Positions 54,310-64,000 of a stretch of DNA of 64,000 nt are shown here, one piece after another. Source of the DNA: Lama guanicoe. Its lineage: Eukaryota. Made by a program: the position numbers and the translations under genes. How positions within the stretch are numbered: the first letter of the stretch is position 1; each line of letters starts with the position of its first letter. The stretch covers positions 2,305,518-2,369,517 of the forward strand of contig MU053810.1 of assembly GCA_013239625.1 (NCBI GenBank). The letters are read 5' to 3'. The notes beneath the pieces are model-generated. The model did not search any database. It saw only the letters and a list, made by a program, of their open reading frames with translations, and was not told where the DNA came from.

Positions 54310-54495
54310 CAGAGTTTCCAGAAGTTTGGTCTTCAGGCCATCTGCATTAGAATCACCTAGGCACACCGATCAAATCTAGGTCCCGGGGCCCATCCCACAC
54401 ATGCTGGATCAGGTTCCCCAGCAAAAGAATTCAGAATCTCCATTTCTTAAGAAAGCCCCAAATCTGTCTGCTGATTACCGATGCCTGAGAACTGC
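54310..54495. mobile_element. MER5-like hAT-Charlie fossil
   Basis: CTGCATTAGAATCACCTAGG...GGGCCCATCCC...AATCTCCATTTCTTAAGAAAGCCCC...TGAGAACTGC. Confidence 0.65.
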
Positions 54496-55094
54496 ACCTC
54501 CTGCCTATGTCTTCCTTTACTCACCCACACCCTCAGCTACACGCCGGGGCTCAACCCGGACTCCAGTATCAGGAATCCTCAGGTCAAGCAAAATAAGAGA
54601 AGTGAACATGATATGGAGCCTCCCCACTTCTCCCCCACATCCCTGCCCTTTTCCAGCTTCTAAACCCCCTCACTCCTTCCTCCGCCTCTCACTCCCTTTG
54701 GCTGCCCTCTGCGTAGACAAAGCTCACAAAGTCCTGCTCTATTCTGGGGGGGGGGTCTTTGTGTTCCAAAATTACTTCCAACCTCTCCTCCCTCCACTAA
54801 TCTCTTATTCAACAGCACATTGCAGTTTGTTGTTAGGGAAGCAATCCAGATAAATTCATAGTTAGGGCGGAATGACCAACAGAACATCTCACTCTGCTTC
54901 GGAGTTGCTGCTAATCACCCTCAGTGAGTCACTCACCAGCAGAATTAACGGACATCTGGGGGAAATACTTGGGGGGTTTATGAGGGTCTTCCTTAAATCA
55001 GTGCTTTCTGATGGCTCCCCTGATTGGCAAAATCTTAATCTGGCAAGGAAAACTCCCACTGAGATAGTCATTACATGACTCCTTATAACATATG

Positions 55095-55305
55095 CCTACA
55101 GAGAAGTAAACATGGCCTTTGGTCCTAGGAAGACACAGGTCTGAATCCTGACTCCACCATTGACTGGTCATGTCTGGGTGACTTATGTAACCTCTTACTC
55201 CTAAAGCTGGAGATTATGACAATACTTACTTCAGAAGGTTGTTAAACTCAACAAAATTTTTTTCAAAGCATTTGGTATATGGTACTTAATAAATAGTTAC
55301 TACTA
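55095..55305 (+). mobile_element. MIR SINE
   Basis: GGTCTGAATCCTGACTCCACCATTGACTGG...AATACTTACTTCAGAAGGTTGTT...GGTACTTAATAAATAGTTAC. Confidence 0.7.
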
Positions 55306-57610
55306 TTATTAGCATTATAAGAATGTGTTTATATAATAGGTATTCAACCAAACCACTCTGCTGGATTCAACTATACGGAACTATTTTTCTGGGTTTAGTC
55401 CTCATGGTTAACTGTTCAGATAGTCCTGGTGTTCATTTACGACTCTAAAAAACTCGGAGAAACACTGGTCATCGCCAGCCTGGTTTTGCCTTGGACAAGG
55501 AGAGATCTGTAGAATTAGTCCAGTTCACCAAATGATCCCACTCACCGTCTAAGGCTACTGCTGCTAATTTCCTCCCGGGTTTTCAGCCTTTAAAATCCAT
55601 CCAAGGTCAAGGCCACTGAAGCAACTGCCTCAGTCACATCCTATTAGTGGCACCACATAAGCAAAAGTGAAATGGAGCATGTGGTGGGGACAACGGGCAT
55701 CCGGATTTCTAATGGTTGGTGCTCAGCTCCTCTGTGCCAGGCCCTCTTCTGCAGGGTAATGATGATGTAACCATGAAGGACAAGGCAGGAAGGAGCATAA
55801 ACCTGGCTTCTTCAAATAATAGAAACCAAGACAGTCTTGCATTGAGACAAAGGATGGCAGTCCCAACTCACACTAAATAACTAGAAAATATGTCCATTTG
55901 CTGCTGGGAATTTCCAAGACCAAGAAGAAATGGACATATTCAAGAAATAGCCCTGTGAGGCAGAGGTAGTTGATGACCCTTGGGCTTCTACCAAGCTCAA
56001 TATATGGTGACCCAGAAAGTAAAACCAAGAGGCTCCCCCCAGGAGACACAGAGAAGAAATCTTTCCAACAAATGGGCCCTCAACTATGCCTTTACCATGA
56101 TTACAAGGTAAAAAATATATATAGTAAATACAAGCAATGCTTCGCTTCTAGAAAAACTAAGAGAGGGGTCAAGGTTCAACAAGATAGGATGTCAGAGGAG
56201 GAAGTGAGGCAGACCAGAGGCAATGGATGATGACAAAAACACACGGATGGCAACTTAGAGAATTAGAAAAGAGGATAGTGGGACAGGACACCTGCCAAGA
56301 AAACAGTGACTACTATTAACCCAAACACTGTTAAGCAAGCAAAGCAAAATTAAATTTTAGCAAGTACACAGCACATCATAATAAACAGTAGCCACTATCT
56401 ATGACTTCAAGATGTTCTTATACAGCATCTATTCCTACTTGATCCTGTCTGCTCAATTGTGATCAAGTCTTCAGATCTGCTCGAAAGCAATTCAATAACA
56501 AAATTCAAAGTCAACACACTTTGTCATCTCTGGTTACATACATACACAGAGCTCTCAGATGTTAAGAGTGGTGGCTGGCCTAGGAATTTTCATAATCAAG
56601 TTACACAGCACTAGTGGAACTCCTTCTGGGAATCTAAGCCAAGCTCTAAAGGCTCTAATTCTAAGTAACATGGAGAAATTAGACAAAGACATTTTCATTA
56701 GCGTGAAGCTTTAGATTTGTGGCCAAAGATTTGAAAGGAAATGCAAAATCCAATCAGACAGAATTAAATGACAATATAATGCTGCCAAGAGCTAAAGAAA
56801 TGCAGAATGCAATCAAGCAGGAGAGGAAATTAGCTGCAACCTGATTAAGAATGCAGACGTATGTCTGCCCAAATCAGATGAAAAAAGAACACAAGGCTAT
56901 CAACTCAGAAGACCAAGGCTGACAATCCATCTTACCTGAAGGGTATGGCCTACAAATCTGCTGTCATAGCAACTATTAGCCCCCTGTTGTCACAGTGATT
57001 ATAAAATGGACTTACTGGCAGTTCTAAAAGAGCCTGGACATATGCCTCTTCAACCCCAAATCTCTGCCAGATAAACAACTGCATGGAAGCCCAGTCACCC
57101 CAGCTATTAGCAAGGCAACCTCAGCTGACCTCACATGATGTATCTCCTTCCCTTAGTGCACATGTATCTTGATAACCCTGGGAAGACTTGGAATTAAATA
57201 CAGAGATGCTGGAGTAAATCAAAGCAACAGTATTTATAATTTGTATTGAGTTGAGAATAATCTTTGTACATTAGGTGTCAAATTGTACGGAATGCCTGAG
57301 GACCTGCCACCTTTGGGCATGCGCCAGATTGTAACTGACTTTAGACTCGTGATTGAGTCAAAGGTGAAACTATGAATGTTTTCAAACAGTATTAGAACCC
57401 TTAGAAGAACATGAAAGTCTTTCAGCTTGCTCTAGCAGGCACTTAAAGTGATTAAAAGGAGATTGGATATATTCATTTACACATGAAATTTTAATGCTTA
57501 AGGAAATGTGATTAACTTTTAAACTAAATGGATTAATGGGAAGTTAGCCTGCCCAACTTGAATTTATTGGCCACTATTTAAAGCAAACATCAAAAAAGTG
57601 TTTGTTCTTG

Positions 57611-58010
57611 GACTCACAGACATAGAGAACAAACTTACAGTTACCAGGGGTTAAATGGGGTGGGAAGGGATAAATTGGGAATTCAAAAGTTGCACCTCTT
57701 GGGGAGCGATGGAAATGTTAGCTATCTTGACTATGGTGGTGGTATACATTTATCAAAATTCATCTAATTGTGTATCTGAACTATGTGTAGTTTACTGCAC
57801 AGGAACCAAACCACAACAAAGATGTTATAAAAACTTGTTCTTTACACTGTAAAGCACAGGGAAATATACACAAAATGTTATGATAAATCACAGAGAAAAA
57901 AATGTGACAATGAGTGTGTATATGTCCATGAATGACTGAAAAATTGTGCTGAACACTGGAATTTGACACAACATTGTAAAATGATTATAAATCAATAAAA
58001 AATGTTTAAA
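57611..58010 (+). mobile_element. Mosaic L1 3' end (young L1 - old L1M segment - young L1)
   Basis: 57611-57695 and 57843-58010 resemble consecutive parts of the 33034 element. The segment 57696-57835 resembles an older L1M 3' end (GATGGAAATGTTAGCTATCTTGACTATGGTGGTGG). Confidence 0.75.
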
Positions 58011-58169
58011 AAATTGTTCTTATTTTACCTATTACCTACTAGATTTATATAAAGAAAAACAAGTATTTTAGGTAAAATAAAGGCATAAAATACAAATAAA
58101 TCTGTTTTCAACTTTAAGAAACCAATACTAATTAAAAGTTAATATTCATTTTTAAAGAATAATAATTTT

Positions 58170-58725
58170 AGTCCTTCCAAAAATAACCAACATGAATCTA
58201 ATTGTGATGAAACATCAAACAAATGTTAAATAAGGGGCATTCTACAGAAAGAAAAGAAAGAAAGAAAGAGAAAGAAAGAACAAACTACTCTGCACTGCTC
58301 AAAAATGTCCCTGCTGTAGAAGAAAAGAAAGAAGTGTTCCAAATTAAAGACCAAAGGGACATGGCAATTCAATAAAATGCATGATCTGGAAATTTCTTTT
58401 GCTAAGAATGTTTCAATTAGTAAAATCTGAATAAGGTCTGTAGATTAGGTAGTACTATGCTATTGATGTTAATTTCCCAATTTTGAAAACTGTGTGGTAT
58501 TTATCTAAGAGAATTCCATTGTTTTTAGAAAATACACAGTGAAGCGTTTAGGAACAAAGAGACACCATACCTGCTCTTATCCTAATGGTTCTGGGGGAAA
58601 GAAAAACAGAGAAAAGAATAAAATGTTGTCATTTGAAACTCTGGGTGAAAGGTATACAGGAATTTTTTGTAATATTCTTGCAACTTTTCTATATGTCCAG
58701 TATTATATTTTTTAAAAGTTCAAAA
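58170..58725 (+). mobile_element. L1MC/ME-like 3'UTR with internal (GAAA)n
   Basis: GAAACATCAAACAAA...GGGCATTCTACA, CTGAATAAGGTCTGTAGATTAG, TCTGGGTGAAAGGTATACAGGAATT...TATTCTTGCAACTTTTCT. Confidence 0.75.
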
Positions 58726-60889
58726 AAAAGAAACAGTAATGTTAAAGTAATAGTTTTTTTTTAAAGGCCACCTTTGGACATCAAGAATCACTCCCCGACA
58801 GAGAAGCACAAAAAAATGATGATTAAAAACTGGGGAAGTAAATCTGAGGGAGTAGAATTGGACTGAATAAAACGGACAAAAGGGAAATCAGAGAAAAGAC
58901 TATTTAAAATATGTTAAGCTTTCCTCTACTTTGAACTGAAAGTCAGAGATATCCCCTGAGATGACCGAGAACGTGGGATGCCCACAGCAAATGCTTGCCC
59001 CAGAGTTTAACCCAACAGGGTACCTGAGGTTCAGGGTTAAACCACCACCCCACTCCCTTCAGCAGAACTACTCTTCTAGAAAAATCTCTCTCTAGTCCTG
59101 ATACCAATAAGAAGAAGGCAGATCCCACGCCTGGTATCCCCTATCAACCCAGCCAGGCCAGGACCAAAGGGCTGTGAATCACTCTCTGTAACAGGACAAA
59201 AGACCTTATTCACTGGGGAAACTTGCAGGAACAGTAGTTCTCCTGGCATTCTCCTTGGTAATACAACCCACCATCCCCAAGCATTCCCCACTGGTGGTGT
59301 TTCCAGTACGCAGATACCTGACTTCAAACGTGCCTGGCCCTACTCCAAGCCCATGACTAGACTGACCAACCAAATACAGCTCCACTCTGGGTTGCACCAG
59401 CCCCATCTATTAGCAAAACCTGAGCCACCCTGTGTCCTGCAAAACAGAGACTAGAGTATACAAAGATATTTCCTAACAAGATCAATTATTAAAAATCAAA
59501 ATGAACATCAAAGGGAATTTGTAGTATCCCTTTCTGTAAATTCTTTAAAGTCACGGGAGAATTTTATTTACTCTGAGTATTTCAAATATTCCCATGTCTG
59601 ATACCAGGAGATAGACTTTATTACCTCAAAGTGGTTATACAGTAGTAAATTTAAAATTAAGGAGGGGTGTGTGTGTGTGAGAGAGACTGAAGTATAGAAA
59701 TACATCACAATTATCTTAACCTTTCATTAATTCAACAGGTGTCGACTAAGTTCATGTTATATGCATAATGGAAGTTGGGGAAAGAGGGGCTTTCAAAAAC
59801 ACGCAGAAATGAGGGAAAAATTCAAACATGAAAAGTGCTTTTTTAATAACTACTTAGCACAACATTGCAATGAAATAAGTACAACCTGTCTCACTTTCAA
59901 GTCAAGAAATCGAAGAAAAAGGAGGAAAATATAGACAAATGTCAGAAAGATGTCAAATGGCACAACCAGAATTCCTAAAAGAGTTGAAAAGTCCCCAGTC
60001 CAAGTCTCTGATTTGGAATAACTGGGTAATCCTGGCACACCACCCTGCTTTTCAAGACTCGGTAGGTGAATTGAACCAGATGGCCTGTAAGGTCGCTTCC
60101 AGCCTTTAAAAAAAAAAAAATTCTAGAATCTGTGTGCTAGGATGTGCCCCACTGAACATACATCACGGGCCAGATGAGGATAAGAAGAGGAAAAGCCTAA
60201 AATAAAGCCATTTCAGAAAATCTTTACATCTAGTTCACACAGAAAAGGAAATGGTAATGATTCCATCAGAAAAAGTTATGAGTATTCAAATGAGGTGCTG
60301 CAAAAAAAACTCAAATAAGGAGAAGATCTCTGTTCTGTTTCTCTCGTGATTATTGAGAATAGTCACATCCTCCAGTCTCCGCAGTGCAGACAGTACTTGG
60401 GCCCTCAGTGGGAGGAAAGGCAGCTCCCTGCAGGGGCTGTCACTCTCACTCTCCTTTGTCTTTGCATCACCTCCTAAGGAACAAAGACAGTCACCAGCCC
60501 CCAATCCCTCGGTCACCTGCACCTTTTCCCAGGATTAGGTAACTCATGAAGGGCCGCTGGCACTTGGAGAGGCACGTGTTCCAGCCATCCAGTTGCCCCA
60601 CTGAGGTAACCCACCCTCCCTGGCCTGCTGGGCCTCCCACATAACCGTCTCTGCTAACAAAAGCAGACCAGACTAGGAGGACCCTGGTTCTAAACCAAGC
60701 CCCATTGTTAACTGGCTGTGTGACCTGTAACTAGCTATCTAGCTTCGTGGGCCTCTCACCTCCTCTGAAAAACAGCGACTGACAACTGGACCTATCATTT
60801 CAAAAGAATGCACAATCAAACATGCTTTAGATATATCAAATGCCCCTTCAAATTAATAAGAAATACATATATATATATATAAAATCCTA

Positions 60890-61540
60890 GAAGGTAAAGA
60901 AATAGATAAAAAGGCTAATCACAGAAGAAGTAAAGATGGCCAATATACAGTAAAACATGTTCATTCATAAATCAAGGAATTGAAAATAACACAACCATGA
61001 GATACTACTTCTCATCCAACAGACTGGTGAAATTTAAAAGATCAGGGGGATGGTATAGCTCAGTGGTAGAGTATCTGCCTAGGATGCACCAGGTCCTGGG
61101 TTCAATCCCCACTACCTCCATTAAAAATAAATAAATAAATAAGCCTAATTACCACCACCCCCCAAAACAAAACCGAACAAAAAAAAGAGTTAAAAGATCA
61201 TATTAGCAAGGGTACAGGAAGATGAGTATTCTCACACATGTTGGGTGGAAAGAGAGTCTGCCATTACCTTTCTGGGGGAATTTGATGGTACCCAACAAAA
61301 TATGAAACACACACACCTTTTGATCTGACAAAATCTTCTGCAGTACTCTCCCAGAGAAATGTTCTCATCTATGTCAAAATCAAATGTATAAAGATGTTCA
61401 ATGCAGCACTGTTTACTCAAATGTCCATTAATTGGGGGATGGTTAAATAAATTACAGAACTCCTATACCATGGAATATTAAACTACCATGTAAAAGAATT
61501 AAGTAGATCTATTTATTTGTGCTGAAATGAAACATATTAT
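60890..61540 (+). mobile_element. Old L1M fragment hosting the SINE
   Basis: ACAACCATGAGATACTACTT, GATGTTCAATGCAGCACTGTTT, CAAATGTCCATTAATTGGGGATGGTTAAATAAATTA. Confidence 0.75.
61045..61189 (+). mobile_element. tRNA-derived SINE (camelid vic-1-like)
   Basis: A-box TAGCTCAGTGG, B-box GGTTCAATCCC, (AAAT)n, CCTAATTACC motif and A-rich tail. TSD TTAAAAGATCA at 61034-61044 and 61190-61200. Confidence 0.9.
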
Positions 61541-62612
61541 GAAACTAGAACAATGCCTGGCACATAGGAGCCACTCAGTATTTGAATAAATGTATACATA
61601 GATACCTTTTCACAGCACTTTCACATATTCTATCTTATCTAATTCTTATGGCAATCCAACTACAAGAGCCAAGCAGGAATGACTGTCCCCAGTGGAGGGC
61701 AAGGAAATTAAAGTTCAAGGTGGTTATGACCTGCCCAGGATCATAAACCCGAGGCACTGGTCAGTGCTCTTTGGCGGCTGACACTCACTCTGACTGCAGT
61801 GAGGCCAACCTGGGAGAAACTCCGCGGAGAAGCACCTAGTTTACAGGCAGCTGGAGGGTCACTCAGTAATTGCTCCTTGCCTGGGACAGATTCATCCCTC
61901 TTTTATCAGCAAAGCCTTCTGTGAGGTGAGGCTTGGCTCTCTGGACCTCTGCTGCGGCCCATTAGGCATCTAACAACAGGTCTGAAAGGAGATCATTCAA
62001 CACCAGGTCATCATGGAAACCTTACCTCCCCACCCCCACCCCCTTGCTCCTGGAAGAGAATAGAGCAGGAAGGCAAAGAGGAGCATCTGTGAAGCACCCG
62101 CTACGTAGCCAGGCACGATGAACAGGGAAAAATTCATCTGAGCCTTCCTTTACAAATCACCAAGAGAAAAAGACTCTGGGTGTTGTTAAGCAAAGTACAG
62201 AACATGCCTGCATCTCCACTTAATCTAGGTCAGTCGTGGCTGCAAAAGAAGTCGAGGTCACAGCGAGCTCGCTCTGGTCACCCTGCTTGCCAGTGCACAC
62301 GTTAGAAAGTGCGGGTCTGGGTACCACGTGGCCAGTCGAGCCACTGCTACACAGGGGCCCTGCCTCCAACAGGTGCTCACCTATTCAAGTCAGGAATGTG
62401 TACTTAAGACACAAAAGAAAAAAAAATCACTGGCTGATTTGTAAAACACACACACTCTGTCCCGGACGAGGGAGAGGAAAGCGATTCACAAATTTCAGAC
62501 ACTGGGAGTGACATTTCACTTTTATTCACCCCACTTTCCCATTATCAGAAAATGGTGGAAATGGTACTGTGTTTGGGCATTGTTACCTTGCAAGTTTCAT
62601 CTTAATTACAGA

Positions 62613-62650
62613 GGCTCTTGGTAACCGTTGCTTAGTAACAAACACATCTG
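62613..62650. promoter_or_regulatory. Candidate RFX X-box enhancer motif cluster
   Basis: GTTGCTTAGTAAC at 62627-62639, preceded by a GGTAAC half-site and followed by the E-box CATCTG. Motif match only. Confidence 0.4.
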
Positions 62651-63599
62651 AAATAGACTTGTTGACTTATTATGAGATACTCTTGAAAAGACCTTAGCCC
62701 GAAATTCACTGATGGAAAAACAGCAATGGCCTGGTAAAGTAAAAATATTTTTTAAATGAAAAAGAACTCATAAACCTCAGATTTTACCAGATTCCAAAGA
62801 CATTACTGAACGTCTACAGTAGTTTCATAATATTTTATGATACTTTGGTACTGATCTATTATTTTCCGAAGCACCTCAGATGCAGTTATCCGATTGAAAG
62901 GCTAACTGAAGCTCTGTAAGACAGGCCTGAGATTTAGACTTTTTAGTCAAAGCAGGATCGCCACAGAAGAGCAACAGCTTCTGGGTTTCCACAGGTCCAA
63001 AATATCCTCCAAGGTACAGTTCTGAACACCTTTTCTTTCAAGATTTCAGGAACTGTCTAAGGCTTCAAGTTTTCAAGTCAGTAAGAAAAAGCAAAAGACG
63101 CTTTCCTTCAATCTTTCCAAGAATATTTCTTTTAGCACCTGTCAATAAAATCTGTGATGCAAGTGGAAATGGAAATGCATTTTAGGACTCCATCCCACAC
63201 ACGTTCTCAAGAGCAAAACCCCAACCCTGCATGCTCTCCTCACTGAGTGCATGACCTCCACCTGCCTCCTGACAGGACCCCGCTGTCTGCTCGCCGTTTA
63301 CACCTCAGGACCTGGGCACCTTCCCCCACTCTGTTCTGCTCTTACTGTCTCAGAGAAATGGATCCCCATTTGTGCAGTACATTCCTCCTACCCCTTGTAT
63401 CTTTCTGGTATTTTCCACAGTCCCTGCTTCTGCTCAGTCTCTTTTCTTCCTTTTTTGAAAAACTTCTCGAAAGAGGAGTCTCCATTCACCAGCTTTCGTT
63501 TCTCACTTTCCACTCAATCCTCAACCACCAGCAATCTGAGTCTGCCTCAGGATTTCCCCTTCCAGTCACCATTGCTGTTGATTTGAGAAAGATTTTGAT

Positions 63600-63762
63600 G
63601 GGGAGGAGAGTGCAGTTCAAGTGGGAGAGTGCATGTTTAGCATACACAAGGTCCTGGGTTCAATCCCCAATACTTCCTCTAAAAATAAGTAAATAAGTAA
63701 ACCTAACTACTCCCCCTGCAAAAAAAATTAAACAAATTAAATCTTAAAAACAGAAGAAGAAA
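63600..63762 (+). mobile_element. tRNA-derived SINE (vic-1-like), more diverged
   Basis: Same layout as the 61045 copy (GGTCCTGGGTTCAATCCCC, AAATAAGTAAACCTAACTAC, A-rich tail). Degenerate TSD AAGATTTTGAT/AAGACTTCGAT. Confidence 0.85.
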
Positions 63763-64000
63763 TTTAAGACTTCGATTAAGAGCAGTGTGTTTCAGAAATG
63801 TGTTTTTCTGACATGTTTGTCTTTGTATTTGCAAAAATTCATCTAGATGTTAGATTGCTGGTTCTACCACCACACTCCTCTCAGTGCCTGCTTCACGTGG
63901 CTCTCGTGTGGACTCTTATTTCAGCCTCTAACCTCCTAGTCTCCTGTTCTACTGGAAGACATCCCAGGCTGCCAAAATTTTCTTCCGAAAGACTTTCCTC

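Noticed and set aside
58940..59470. Possible ERV LTR fragment
   Set aside because: The composition shift is suggestive, but I could not match diagnostic motifs or a TSD.
61045..61120. tRNA gene
   Set aside because: Followed by a SINE body and A-rich tail and flanked by a TSD. No T-run terminator.

Overview
Mammalian, repeat-rich intronic/intergenic DNA, most likely camelid (alpaca/llama/camel), judged from two tRNA-derived vic-1-like SINEs and young camelid-type L1 3' ends. No intact protein-coding gene can be confidently recognised. The main feature is a + strand processed pseudogene of PTK7 (41793-44582). It is intronless, has 5'UTR, AATAAA, poly(A) and a 13-bp target-site duplication, and carries stops, frameshifts, an internal deletion of about 1.3 kb and several short deletions between direct repeats. 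Its 5' end still looks like a CpG island while the body is CpG-depleted. Also present: an orphan CpG island with a perfect NRF1 palindrome (22025-22345) that may head an unannotated spliced transcript, an ancient AmnSINE1/Deu-SINE-like remnant, a perfect 47-bp triple repeat, nested and atypical L1 insertions, and many old L1M, L2, MIR, MLT1, MER5 and MARNA fragments. Repeat subfamily names and PTK7 comparisons are from memory of consensus and human sequences, not database searches. I see no strong evidence of a wholly new biological system; the best leads are listed as findings.
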